Positions 18,528 through 28,658 are shown, counted from the stretch's first letter. The stretch: 64,000 bases of DNA from an uncultured archaeon (GCA_000965745.1 CP009479.1:1216001-1280000), one strand, 5' to 3'. Notes: generated by a model not told the origin, from the sequence alone. Numbers and translations: made by a program.

Positions 18528-19498
18528 TCATTATTCCTAAATCCTCCGTGTACGAGGAAGCGCTGAAGGACAACATGATGGACTCCACGTTCAGCTACAG
18601 GGTGATAGACCTCTACGGAAGAAAGATAATCCTTACTGAAGGGCAGACCCCTTCGAGCCTTCCCATGGATAGCGACACTGCATTGCTTGTCAACGGAAAC
18701 CTTTACTCAAAGGAATTCAAGCAGGAAAAGACAGTAGTACAGGTTGATAATGTAAGCATAGGGGAGAAAAAGCTGATAATTGCAGCCGGTCCCTGCGCCG
18801 TGGAATCTGAAGGCCAGGTTATGGAGACGGCAGAGGCAGTAAAGAAGATGGGTGCTGACATGCTCAGGGGCGGCGCATTCAAGCCCAGGACCAGCCCTTA
18901 CTCGTTCCAGGGCCTTGGGCCGAAGGGGATACAGCTTCTAATGAAGGCGAGAGAAGAAACTGGCCTGCCGGTAGTCAGCGAGCTTCTTGACATTTCAGAT
19001 TTCAGTGCCTTCCGGAACAATGTTGACATGATCCAGGTCGGGGCAAGAAACGCGCAGAACTTCACTCTCCTGAAGTTCCTGGGGCAGCTCAAAACGCCCG
19101 TTCTCCTTAAGAACGGCCTTGCTACGACCATGAACGAATGGCTTGGATCAAGTGAATACATACTCTCTGGCGGCAATGAGAATGTTGTAATGTGCTACAG
19201 GGGAAACAGGAGCTTCGAGAATTATACCAGGTTCAATATGGATATCGGCTCGATAGCTTCTCTGAAAAACCTGACACATCTTCCTATATGCGCGGACCCA
19301 AGCCATCCCGCCGGAAGGAGGGAACTCGTGGAATCACTGGCACTGGGAGCAGTTGCGTCAGGCGCAGATATGCTTGAGGTTGAGGTCCACAGAGACCCTG
19401 ACAATGCACTTTCAGACTCGTCGCAGCAGCTTACTCTGGAGATGTTCAACAGGCTTATGAAGAACGTCAGGAAGGTAGAAGAGATAGTGAGAGGGTAG
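18524..19498 (+). CDS. aroF: DAHP synthase type I-beta
   Basis: AAGPCAVES, RGGAFKPRTSPYSFQGLG, QVGARNAQNF, DPSH; TTG start overlapping tyrA stop. Confidence 0.94.
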   Translation: MIIIPKSSVYEEALKDNMMDSTFSYRVIDLYGRKIILTEGQTPSSLPMDSDTALLVNGNLYSKEFKQEKTVVQVDNVSIGEKKLIIAAGPCAVESEGQVMETAEAVKKMGADMLRGGAFKPRTSPYSFQGLGPKGIQLLMKAREETGLPVVSELLDISDFSAFRNNVDMIQVGARNAQNFTLLKFLGQLKTPVLLKNGLATTMNEWLGSSEYILSGGNENVVMCYRGNRSFENYTRFNMDIGSIASLKNLTHLPICADPSHPAGRRELVESLALGAVASGADMLEVEVHRDPDNALSDSSQQLTLEMFNRLMKNVRKVEEIVRG

Positions 19499-19545
19499 AT
19501 TTCTGGCTGATTTAATGGAAAAGTCGTTCTGTGACGGTCAGAACT

Positions 19546-20064
19546 TCATTTCCATGCCAGGAACCATTCTCCCTTTTCCTCCGTGTTATAACCATTTTTC
19601 CTTGCGTAACTGATTATCCTGTCCTTGTTTTCCAACAGGTCCCCTGCGCTGTGTGGAACCCTTACCCCCGATGCAGGAGTGTCCCAGTCAACAATGATAA
19701 CCCTCAGCCTTGTCACCCTTTCTATTTCCTTTATTGCATCGTGGGTCTCCGGAACGTGATGCAGGCTGGTTATTGCCAGGCTGGTGTCGAAGTATCTGTC
19801 ATCGTATGGAATACGCTGGACTCTTGCCTTACTCAGCTTCAGCCTGCCTTCCTTTATGGCATCTGAAAATTCCCGCTCAATATCGGCAAAATGCCATGCT
19901 TCAGGGTCTATGGAAACCACCTCAAAGGAAGGGTTTTGCAGCAACTTCGTCACGACTGTGCCGAATCCAGTTCCTATGTCTAATATTCTCTTTCCGACAA
20001 CCATCGGCATTAATTCATCTATGATTTCCTCGAGCTTGCTTCCTTCGTTCACAAATATAAACAA
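19546..20064 (-). CDS. Class I SAM-dependent methyltransferase
   Basis: ILDIGTGFG, IPYDDRYFD, SLHH; start uncertain. Confidence 0.85.
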   Translation of the reverse strand: MFIFVNEGSKLEEIIDELMPMVVGKRILDIGTGFGTVVTKLLQNPSFEVVSIDPEAWHFADIEREFSDAIKEGRLKLSKARVQRIPYDDRYFDTSLAITSLHHVPETHDAIKEIERVTRLRVIIVDWDTPASGVRVPHSAGDLLENKDRIISYARKNGYNTEEKGEWFLAWK

Positions 20065-20226
20065 TCTGCATGTTGATTAATTTTTCCGGTGCATTCCAGG
20101 GAGGTTTCTACCGTGACAGAAAAAGACCATTTCGAAAGTGTCTTTGGCATAAGAACCAAACGTTGGGTCAATAAAAGTCCCCGAAAAGAATTGATTCCAG
20201 AAGGTTGGTTCCAGTTCTCTGGCATC

Positions 20227-21741
20227 TCATTTTCCTCCCTCTCGCTGTTTGCGCTTAGTCAAGTAGTATACGGTAAGTATGAAGGCAATTATGCCACTTG
20301 TGGCAATTGCTATGTTATAAATTTCTGCTATGGGCGTAAACACAATCTGAAAGGATGAATCTATCCCATTCACGGCCATTTTGTCGGTTTCACTGTAGAC
20401 AAACCCTGCAGGCCCTTTAATGGTCAGTGTGTATGTTCCATTGGAGAGGTATGCTATGTAAGTGCCCCTCACTATGGGCCCCGAATCACCAGTGGCTGAA
20501 CCGTTAATATACCAGACACTGCCGGTCGGTAATCCATCTTCTGTAATTGGCACAGGGTAGACAGGCATCACAGATAATGTAGGTTTTATTATAGAAACAG
20601 TTCCGGGTTCTTCGTTGACTAGCATGACCTCCTTGTTTGAAGGAATATATGTCACTCCCATCGGAATGAGGCCCACACTTAAGTCTGCAACAATTTTATT
20701 GTCCGATCCGTTGATGGCCCAAACGTTTCCATACCCCTGCCCATCCACGTAAATCTGGTTCGTGTCAGGGTCAAAGGAGAAGTAAGCAGGTTCACCATAT
20801 TTTCCCAGATTGCCGATAGTTGCAACGAGAGTGTTTGAAGTCGTGTTTATGACAGAAATGGTGTCAGAGTTTGACACATAAAGGTCGTAGTTGACCGGGT
20901 CATACACTATCCCCCTCGGGGTTGAACCGACCGATATATTCCCGAAAACTGAATAGTTGACCGGGCTTATCAGTGAGACAGTTCCTCTGCCGTACATTGT
21001 CGCGTACACTACATCCGTCGCAGCAGAATAAGCAAGCAGGAACGGCGAGGGCGGGTTGTAATCGCCGCTTACGTATGAAGAACTCATTGTTATGTTCCTG
21101 AAAATTGTATCAGTGGAGCAGTTTATGACTGTAACGTGATTGTCTTCACCAGCAACAAAGACCTGGTTTTTGTCTGGTACGAGCACTTCTCCGAAGACAG
21201 TGGTGCCGATGTTGATCTCTTTGGATACAGTGTTGCTAACCGGATTTATCACCAGCACATTTCCAGACTTGCCGGAGTCAGTTTTTACGGCGGCATACAA
21301 CTCATTGTCGGCGGGATTGTAGACCACGTCACCGCCCTGGAAGGACGTGATGCTGATTTTGTCAACAAGGCTATTCGTTGAGGTGTTGACAACGTAAATG
21401 TATGCGGATCCGCCCACAAACTCGGAGGAGGATATGTAGAGGTTGTGGTTCATCGTATCATATGCGGCCATTTCCGGCTTCTCCAGAGGTGCGTCGAAAT
21501 ATCCATGCGGTCTTGAAATTGAATTGCCCGGGAATATGGAATTGTTGTAGAGGGAGAGAGTGGACATTGGGTAATAGTACCTGTATGATGAGTTGCTCTC
21601 CGAAAGTCCAACACCGGGCAGCGCACTTGGTCCATTTGCATTGCCTTCAAAACTCGTGCCGTCATATAGCGCAATACCCGGAACTATCATCATAACTGAG
21701 ATTAAAACAGACAGGCCCACTAAAGCTAATCTACTCAGCAT
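20227..21741 (-). CDS. Membrane-anchored surface protein with YncE/YVTN-like beta-propeller
   Basis: Signal peptide; repeats such as VGSTPRGIVYDPVNYDLYVSN; many NxS/T sequons; C-terminal TM plus basic tail. Confidence 0.85.
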   Translation of the reverse strand: MLSRLALVGLSVLISVMMIVPGIALYDGTSFEGNANGPSALPGVGLSESNSSYRYYYPMSTLSLYNNSIFPGNSISRPHGYFDAPLEKPEMAAYDTMNHNLYISSSEFVGGSAYIYVVNTSTNSLVDKISITSFQGGDVVYNPADNELYAAVKTDSGKSGNVLVINPVSNTVSKEINIGTTVFGEVLVPDKNQVFVAGEDNHVTVINCSTDTIFRNITMSSSYVSGDYNPPSPFLLAYSAATDVVYATMYGRGTVSLISPVNYSVFGNISVGSTPRGIVYDPVNYDLYVSNSDTISVINTTSNTLVATIGNLGKYGEPAYFSFDPDTNQIYVDGQGYGNVWAINGSDNKIVADLSVGLIPMGVTYIPSNKEVMLVNEEPGTVSIIKPTLSVMPVYPVPITEDGLPTGSVWYINGSATGDSGPIVRGTYIAYLSNGTYTLTIKGPAGFVYSETDKMAVNGIDSSFQIVFTPIAEIYNIAIATSGIIAFILTVYYLTKRKQREGGK

Positions 21742-21851
21742 TGCCAGATAAAAACAACCTCAATCAGTATATGAACGTTGCTTATTACATCTGATACTCA
21801 TGCCCAACTGCCTGGAACAAAAACAACTGGAAAATTATCTCAAATACAGGA

Positions 21852-21922
21852 TGCGGGTGCCGGGATTCGGACCCGGGTTAAGAGCTTGGGAAGCTCCTGT
21901 GATACCGCTACACTACACCCGC
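21852..21922 (-). tRNA. tRNA-Gly(CCC), T-loop variant TCCGAAT
   Basis: Reverse complement GCGGGTG...GGAGC-TTCCCAA-GCTCT...CCGGG-TCCGAAT-CCCGG-CACCCGCA. Confidence 0.92.
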
Positions 21923-21979
21923 GATACTTCCAGTATGTGCTAGAAATATCTAAACTTACTCTTGGTCAGCCGATTTTTC

Positions 21980-22903
21980 TCATTTTACATACGTGAGCCA
22001 TTTTTCATATTTGGAGACCTTTCCTGCTACAGTGTCGAAGTAGATTTGCGCTATTGAGGACGTTATCGGACCTCTCTTCCCGCTCCCTACCTTAATTCCG
22101 TCCACGCTCGCTATTGGCGTGACCTCTGCAGCAGTCCCGCAGAAGAACGCTTCGTCGGCCACGTATATCTCCTCTCTGTGGATATCCCGCTCCACGACTT
22201 CTATCCCCTTGTCCCCGGCAATCTCTATGATTGTGTCGCGTGTTATTCCCACGAGTATGTCTGCACTGGTTCCGGGGGTGAAAAGCTTCCCATCCCTGGC
22301 AATGAATATGTTCTCCCCGGGACCTTCGGCAAGATAGCCGTTTCCTGAAAGAAGGATGGCCTCATCAAATCCTGCGTTCTTTACTTCCCTGCTTGTCAGA
22401 ATTGAGTTCAGGTAGTTCCCGCTTGCTTTTGCCCTGACTGGAATTATATCAGAATTGATCCTCCTCCATGAGGAAGTCTTGCATTTCGCGCCCTTCTCCT
22501 GGGTCTCCCCAAAGTAGCTTCCCAGCGGTATTGCAGCTATGTAAACACTGATCTTTTTGCCCTCTGTTGAAAGTCCTATCCTGACATCATTGTAGAAAGC
22601 GAATGGGCGTATATAACATGAATCGAGGCTGTTCATCTTTACCGTCTCAACGATAGCGTTGTTGATCTGTTCGGGCGTGTACCCGAGATCCATGCCGTAT
22701 ATTTTTGCAGTGTCAAAAAACCTCCTTACGTGCTCCTTTAACCTGAATATTGCAGGCCCTTTCTCTGTCTTGTAAGCCCTGATACCTTCGAAAATGCCTG
22801 ATCCGTACTGCAGGGAATGAACAGTCACCGGGACTGTTGCTTCATCAAATCCCATTGTCTTTCCATCAAACCAAACCTTCAGGTTGGAATACGGGGTTTC
22901 CAT
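21980..22903 (-). CDS. ilvE: Branched-chain amino acid aminotransferase
   Basis: LQYGSGIFEGIRAY, YIRP, AKASGNY, EGPGENIF, GITR, GTAAEVTP. Confidence 0.96.
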   Translation of the reverse strand: METPYSNLKVWFDGKTMGFDEATVPVTVHSLQYGSGIFEGIRAYKTEKGPAIFRLKEHVRRFFDTAKIYGMDLGYTPEQINNAIVETVKMNSLDSCYIRPFAFYNDVRIGLSTEGKKISVYIAAIPLGSYFGETQEKGAKCKTSSWRRINSDIIPVRAKASGNYLNSILTSREVKNAGFDEAILLSGNGYLAEGPGENIFIARDGKLFTPGTSADILVGITRDTIIEIAGDKGIEVVERDIHREEIYVADEAFFCGTAAEVTPIASVDGIKVGSGKRGPITSSIAQIYFDTVAGKVSKYEKWLTYVK

Positions 22904-22972
22904 GCGCTTCGTATTCCATAATTGCTAATAAGGCATATGCAGAAGTAATAAGGCGGATCCGGGAGCAACTTC

Positions 22973-23896
22973 TCATCCGAGATTCTGGGTGTGGTACCTG
23001 TAGAAAATAGTCCTGTTGGCAGCCTGCCCGTTTACCTGTATGAAACCCCAGCCATTGGTTATCGAGTATCCGGTGACATTGTGTGTCGAGTACTGGTAAG
23101 TGCCGTTGGGCAGCACCAGGTCTATGGGGTTGTAGGAAAGCCCTGAGAAATTAAATTGGGAATACACAGTGCGGCCGTCTACCTGAAGGCCAATGCCATT
23201 TATGTTTCCCGTGTTGACCTGGAAATCAGCGCTTATGTTGATCGTAACACTGTATGCAGTCGATGTGAAATCCACATGAACCGTTGAGGATGAAGGCCTC
23301 AGGACCACGGAGCTGAAACCGTTTTTATAAACAGTGGACGGAAGTTCGGGGTATTTCGGCACGCTTCCCCGGGTGGGCGATGTTTGTGACACTGAGTATC
23401 CATATATTCCAGCAGGCTCTGAAAATTCAATAGTGCTATTCCCGGACTGGGATGTAACTATTCCTGCTGGTGAGTTGAGGGCAACACTCCATTTGCTGCC
23501 GCCGGGGAGGCCGCTCTCGTTGAAATAGAGCGTATATAATTTGAGAAATGTCAGCGTCATCTGAGGTGCCACATTGGAACTTGAAAGATGAAAATCGGAC
23601 CCGGAAACTCCACTTATGTACCCCGGGGGCGTGATTGGCGCGTAATGGTAATAACCGTAGGGGAGATCGACCGAGAGTGTTGGCGAAAACGACTCATAGG
23701 TTCCCATTAGTTGCTGAACCCCGTTCTGGTACTTGTAAAGGTGGACTCCCCACAGGGTCTCGTTACTGATGCCCTGCTCCTGCAGGACAAAACTGTGGGT
23801 CTGTGGAAGGTAGTACGCATAGTAATTTGACACGAAAGGCATAATCGAGAAGTTGACAACCAGTATGATGATTACAACCTTGATCTGCCTGTCCAT
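22973..23896 (-). CDS. Secreted/surface protein with thermopsin-C-like beta-sandwich repeats
   Basis: N-terminal hydrophobic helix; FNESGLPGGSKWSV and LPNGTYQY patterns. Confidence 0.75.
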   Translation of the reverse strand: MDRQIKVVIIILVVNFSIMPFVSNYYAYYLPQTHSFVLQEQGISNETLWGVHLYKYQNGVQQLMGTYESFSPTLSVDLPYGYYHYAPITPPGYISGVSGSDFHLSSSNVAPQMTLTFLKLYTLYFNESGLPGGSKWSVALNSPAGIVTSQSGNSTIEFSEPAGIYGYSVSQTSPTRGSVPKYPELPSTVYKNGFSSVVLRPSSSTVHVDFTSTAYSVTINISADFQVNTGNINGIGLQVDGRTVYSQFNFSGLSYNPIDLVLPNGTYQYSTHNVTGYSITNGWGFIQVNGQAANRTIFYRYHTQNLG

Positions 23897-23968
23897 GAAA
23901 ACAAAACCCGGTTGGCGTTGTTAAACTTTACTGGAGCCTCCTCACTTGAATGGTGGGTGGTAATCAGG

Positions 23969-25780
23969 TCAGTATTCCTCCCCTTTCTTCATCTGGCTGA
24001 TCTTGAATTCCCTGAACCTGTCCTCGTACGCATCAGCGATTTCTGTAAATCCCAGTGTTCCCACGACTTCAGACCCGTCACTTTTCAAAACAACAATGTT
24101 CTCCTGGGGATCGGGAGGGAGAATATTGATCGCCCTGTGAATCGTATCACTTTCAAGGACTGTCACAGGCTTCATCATCTCTATTTCAGACAGTTTCTTT
24201 TTAGAATTTTTCCCGTATTTTGTGAGCATATTCCTGCTTACATACCCCACAAGCCTGCTGTCTTTCAATATGACCGCACCTTTGACATGCCTGATACGCA
24301 TGGTGTACGCCAGATCCCAGACCCCGCTATTGATGTCAACCTCTATGTGGTTCGGGTTCATTGCCTCCCCTATGATTATGCTGTCCATTATCTGATTCCT
24401 GTACTCGAAGAGGTGGGCCGGTGAATGCAGGCGGTCGAGAACCTGCTCGTGATAGACAGAATTCTTGATCCCGGATGCAAAGTAGGATATTGTTATGGCG
24501 ATCATCAGCGGGAGGAAAAGGTCGAGCCCTCCTGCCATCTCCGTACCCATGATAAGCATGGACACTGGCGTTTTCGACACTCCTGCAAAGAATGCTATCA
24601 TTGTCACTATCGTGACCTCATCAATCGTGACAAAGGGCAAAAAGGGGTGGGAAACGATCCCTATGCTTGCCCCAAGAAAGGCCCCAGTGACGATGCTTGG
24701 TGCGAAAGCACCTCCCGACCCGCCCGATCCTATGCTCAAGGAAGTGGCCAGTATCTTTAGAAAGAAGAGAATTAGCAGAACCTTCAGGGGCGTATAAGCA
24801 AGATTTCCACTCAATATCAGTTGCACCCATCCATACCCAAGGCCCATTATCTGGGGGTAGAATATTGCCACTGCCCCTACAAGGAAACCACCTATGGCGG
24901 GCTTGACGTAGGATGGGACACTCCTGAGCCTGATAAAGGCAATATGGACCAGGTCGAACACTTTTACATAGAACCTTCCGCCAAGGCCCGCCAGTATCCC
25001 GATTATGGTGTATACAAATATGGATCTGCCGTCGAGGAAGAGGAATGAGCTTGCTGCAGTTGTGAAAAGCGGGTTGTAGTGAAACTGGTAGCCGAAGATG
25101 GCGTACCCCACAACCGATGCCACTGTGGCAGGTATCAGCGCTTCCACCTCAAAATCCCTCTTGTAGAGTATTTCAGTGCTCATTATTGCCCCGCCAATGG
25201 GAGCCATGAATATGCTTCCTATTCCGGCGCCTATTGCGGAAGCCATCACTATCCTTCTGTCGTGGTCGTCAAGCTTGAACAGGTTCGCGAGGTATGACCC
25301 GAACACCGCGGAAATCAATGCAACAGGGCCATCCCTCCCCGCACTTCCTCCAGCCCCTATGTTGATTGCAGAGGATGCAAGCTTGACAGCAGGCGTCCTG
25401 TTTTTTATCCTTACCGTAAGGTTGTGGAACGCGTTTACTGCGGCGTTTATCCCGAGTCCTTCCGTCCCGGGCGTAAGTTTATAGACCAGGTACCCGGAAA
25501 GAAAGCCTCCTAGCGTTGTGGAAACAGGAATGAGCAACCTGTCGTAGCTTCCAATGCTGTATACCGGTGATCCTCCCTCCCCTCCAGGAAGTGGTGGGCT
25601 GAACCCCGAAATTCCAAAAAGAATAAGATGCGAGAAAAATCTTATACCATTGTAGAGGAGCAGCGATCCTATTCCCGCGGAAATGCCGATGAGGAGCCCG
25701 ATGGCTACCCACATGCCAGGCTGGCTGGAAAGTATCCTACGCTGGAAAAACTCGTACAGAGTTGATATGTATGGCATCAC
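23969..25780 (-). CDS. ClC-family chloride channel/transporter with CBS pair
   Basis: GGSAGRDGP, GSGGAFAP, SVY, C-terminal CBS domains. Confidence 0.92.
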   Translation of the reverse strand: MMPYISTLYEFFQRRILSSQPGMWVAIGLLIGISAGIGSLLLYNGIRFFSHLILFGISGFSPPLPGGEGGSPVYSIGSYDRLLIPVSTTLGGFLSGYLVYKLTPGTEGLGINAAVNAFHNLTVRIKNRTPAVKLASSAINIGAGGSAGRDGPVALISAVFGSYLANLFKLDDHDRRIVMASAIGAGIGSIFMAPIGGAIMSTEILYKRDFEVEALIPATVASVVGYAIFGYQFHYNPLFTTAASSFLFLDGRSIFVYTIIGILAGLGGRFYVKVFDLVHIAFIRLRSVPSYVKPAIGGFLVGAVAIFYPQIMGLGYGWVQLILSGNLAYTPLKVLLILFFLKILATSLSIGSGGSGGAFAPSIVTGAFLGASIGIVSHPFLPFVTIDEVTIVTMIAFFAGVSKTPVSMLIMGTEMAGGLDLFLPLMIAITISYFASGIKNSVYHEQVLDRLHSPAHLFEYRNQIMDSIIIGEAMNPNHIEVDINSGVWDLAYTMRIRHVKGAVILKDSRLVGYVSRNMLTKYGKNSKKKLSEIEMMKPVTVLESDTIHRAINILPPDPQENIVVLKSDGSEVVGTLGFTEIADAYEDRFREFKISQMKKGEEY

Positions 25781-25863
25781 AGCCCACTTTGCCTTTGTGT
25801 TAAACTAACATACAGGCTTTATTTAATACTTGCCAGCTTGTGCATTTCATAAAATAATGCAGC

Positions 25864-26463
25864 TCAATGCTCTATCTCGTCACGAAGTATCTTCTTGTAC
25901 AGGTCGTCAAGGCGTTCGGTAATCTCCTTCACATCGTTGACGATCTTGGGGATGGCTTCCCCGTAGGTTCTTGACATATGATCCATAAGCCTGATCAGGT
26001 ACTCTACCCTGTTCTGTAGAACATCGATCTGGGGGTCAGCTACATTTGTGCCTCCAGGTGAGCCCTCTTTCTTCTCGCCCTTCTCCTCCTTGTAATTCTG
26101 GTAGGTCCCGAGAACCGATTTCGACTCTATCTGAAAATCCTCTGCATCGGCATATTTGGAAAAAATATAGTCCGAAAGCCTGATCTTGTTGCCAACCGCA
26201 TACTGGCACTCTTCAACACCAAGCTGTGTGGAACTCCCATCTTTTTTGATTACCTTAATCCTGGCCTGGTCGCACATAGGGCTGTTGAAAGTGTTTATCT
26301 TCTCTTCTATTCGCCCTCTCAGATCAACAAATATTGAAAATGGATATTTTCCGTAGAATCCCCTTATGTTCTTCCTGAGATCCAATAAGCTCTTGTATCT
26401 GTTAGTTCGCACTATCTGAGACTTGAGAGCATTGGGATCATTGGGATCATTGGGATCATCCAC
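25864..26463 (-). CDS. Hypothetical protein with N-terminal (DPN)x3 and C-terminal coiled coil
   Basis: 199-aa ORF, GTG start, heptad-like C-terminus. Confidence 0.7.
   Translation of the reverse strand: MDDPNDPNDPNALKSQIVRTNRYKSLLDLRKNIRGFYGKYPFSIFVDLRGRIEEKINTFNSPMCDQARIKVIKKDGSSTQLGVEECQYAVGNKIRLSDYIFSKYADAEDFQIESKSVLGTYQNYKEEKGEKKEGSPGGTNVADPQIDVLQNRVEYLIRLMDHMSRTYGEAIPKIVNDVKEITERLDDLYKKILRDEIEH
26430..26459. repeat. 9-bp tandem repeat (CATTGGGAT)x3
   Basis: Read directly; in frame, encodes DPN repeats. Confidence 0.9.
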
Positions 26464-26781
26464 ACATCTTCAGCGAGGATAATTATTAAAATCTTACTCC
26501 CATGATTGAAGATTTCGTACGGTAGCAGGTTCCCTGTACCTATGATTTGAGGTGAACAGGCCCGCCGGCGCGAAAACTCCACTTCTGTATGCATGTATGC
26601 ACCCCCATAGATCGGCCAGGATCGCATTCAGAAGCAATGTGCTTCATCTGACCCGGATGGATCGTCACAGCTCCCAATTGGTGGAATTTTCCGAAATCGC
26701 TCATATATACCTGTCCGCCTTATCTTTACGGTGCCAGGTATATGCCTGTCAATGGCTATAATTAGATCGAGCTCTGTAGAG

Positions 26782-26970
26782 ATGAAATTTGCCAGTTTTT
26801 ATGACACCAGGCTTCTATTCGTAAGTGTTGCGATAATGGTCCTCGGAGCTCACCTGATTATACTTTCATCAATGGAATTTCTATCCTCGCTTTTTCTTGT
26901 AGTAGGTGCAGCATCAGTCGTTTCAGCGATGTTTTTCATTATGCTGAATATAAGGAAGAGAGTCATCTAA
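26782..26970 (+). CDS. Small two-TM membrane protein
   Basis: Two hydrophobic helices and basic C-terminus; start chosen at ATG 26782. Confidence 0.6.
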   Translation: MKFASFYDTRLLFVSVAIMVLGAHLIILSSMEFLSSLFLVVGAASVVSAMFFIMLNIRKRVI

Positions 26971-27041
26971 TCCGGCATAGATTCTGAAAAAATTGCAACT
27001 GTTCCACAACATTAAAATAACCGACTGTAAATATATACAAA

Positions 27042-27275
27042 ATGGCATTATGGTCACCCGAATTTGAACAGAACCTGATCAAGGCAATAATAGGGCTGGT
27101 ATTCCTTATCGTTGGAGCCCAGCTGATTGCGGTCGGAGGTACAATCGCCGTTGGGCAGATCGTTTTCTTCCCTGTGAGTATAGTGCTGTTTGTAGTAGGG
27201 GCCATTCTCATCTACTTCTCAATTAAAGTGCTCATCTCACTTCTCCGGTCAATGGGCGTAAAGCTCTGGGACTGA
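27042..27275 (+). CDS. Small two-TM membrane protein
   Basis: Two hydrophobic helices; AT-rich upstream region. Confidence 0.7.
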   Translation: MALWSPEFEQNLIKAIIGLVFLIVGAQLIAVGGTIAVGQIVFFPVSIVLFVVGAILIYFSIKVLISLLRSMGVKLWD

Positions 27276-27425
27276 CAGCCTCCGGTAAGCCGGTACATTC
27301 AAGTGTCAGCCAGCCCCTGTCTTGATGGGAAGTGCGGATGATGTCTCGGGGAATTCCGTCATTTCCTTCTTATTATTAATGAGCTTTCTATATAAGCTGC
27401 ATAGTCTTGGTAATTAACGATTATC

Positions 27426-28658
27426 ATGGACAAGCACAGGGATGAATACCCGATGCTGAACCACTGGGTCTTCTTCAATGCAGCAGACCAGATGGTTGCA
27501 GGAAGATACTGGCTCAACGCGATGAGGGAGAGTCTGAATTTGTACGAGGCAGGAAGGGCTGAGGATGATCCACCTTTTGGTCCAGTTACACACCCGTTCC
27601 TCACCACTGTCTTCAACGAGGTTAACTCCAGGGCAGCGAAGCTGATTCACGCGAAAGAGAACGAAGTTACCAACATGTACAGGGTAATGACGGCATCGAA
27701 CCTGATACTTAACGACCTTATGGACCTGAAAAAAGGGGACAATGTTGTTTTCTCCGACCTGGACTACCCATCCATCCCCTTTATCCTTCTGAACCTCCAG
27801 AAGAAGGGTGTTGAACTCAGAAGGATTGGCAACGTGAAGGGCGAGATCCTGATGGGCGACATGGAAAAGGCCATAGACGAGCATACAAAGGTGGTGATAC
27901 TCAACAGGACGACACCATGGGCAGGCTTTACCTATGATGTCAGGGCAGTATCACAGATTGCACATGAACACGGGGCACTTGTTTTGGATGATGCAATACA
28001 GGCGGTAGGAGCCATAGATGTGGATGTGCACAAGGACGATGTCGATTTCCTCATCACAGGCAGCTACAAGTGGCAGGGCGGTCCCGAGGGATCAGGGATC
28101 TTCTACATCAGGGAAGACCTCATAGACCAGTTTGAGCCGTCATTCAGGAATTACATATGGGCCGACCTCCCAGATGGAATACCATTCGGGTTTCCCGATC
28201 ACGACAACCTGAAACATTGGGACAGCCCATTGGTCAGGAACGCAAATAAATTCAACCTCGGCGAATCCGTCTCTCCCGTCCTGTTCGGATGGAACGCTAC
28301 CCTCAAGTTCTACGAGAAAGTGGGGATAAAGAATATTGAGAGTGAAGTCAGGTCATTGGGAGATTACGCCATTGATAGGCTGAAGGAAATCGGATGCAGG
28401 GTCTATACTCCTGAAGACAGGGAAAAGAGGCATGGGCTCGTGAAATACACAACTGGCGACCCGTCACTTGACCTCAAGACATTCAACAGGTTCAACAACC
28501 CGCCCGCAGGCGAGAAACCGGTCAAGGTCTCGCTGAGGGCGCTGGGTGGAATTGACGGTATACGGGTGAGCTGCCATTTCTTCAACACGAAGGACGAAAT
28601 AGACACGCTGGTTGAAACTCAGGAGCGCCTGATGCACCAGGAACACGTTCTCGCATAG
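27426..28658 (+). CDS. Class V PLP-dependent aminotransferase (cysteine desulfurase-like fold)
   Basis: FFNAA, DAIQAVG, GSYKW (PLP Lys), IRVSCHFFNT. Confidence 0.88.
   Translation: MDKHRDEYPMLNHWVFFNAADQMVAGRYWLNAMRESLNLYEAGRAEDDPPFGPVTHPFLTTVFNEVNSRAAKLIHAKENEVTNMYRVMTASNLILNDLMDLKKGDNVVFSDLDYPSIPFILLNLQKKGVELRRIGNVKGEILMGDMEKAIDEHTKVVILNRTTPWAGFTYDVRAVSQIAHEHGALVLDDAIQAVGAIDVDVHKDDVDFLITGSYKWQGGPEGSGIFYIREDLIDQFEPSFRNYIWADLPDGIPFGFPDHDNLKHWDSPLVRNANKFNLGESVSPVLFGWNATLKFYEKVGIKNIESEVRSLGDYAIDRLKEIGCRVYTPEDREKRHGLVKYTTGDPSLDLKTFNRFNNPPAGEKPVKVSLRALGGIDGIRVSCHFFNTKDEIDTLVETQERLMHQEHVLA

Noticed and set aside
22904-22972. Leader peptides upstream of ilvE (hom was also checked)
   Set aside because: No uORF enriched in cognate amino acids was found
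26600-26640. GGCCAGG...AGCA resembling SRP RNA helix 8, and nearby GAAAACTCCAC resembling RNase P P4
   Set aside because: Spacing and pairing are wrong, there is no GNRA loop, and no matching 3' P4 strand
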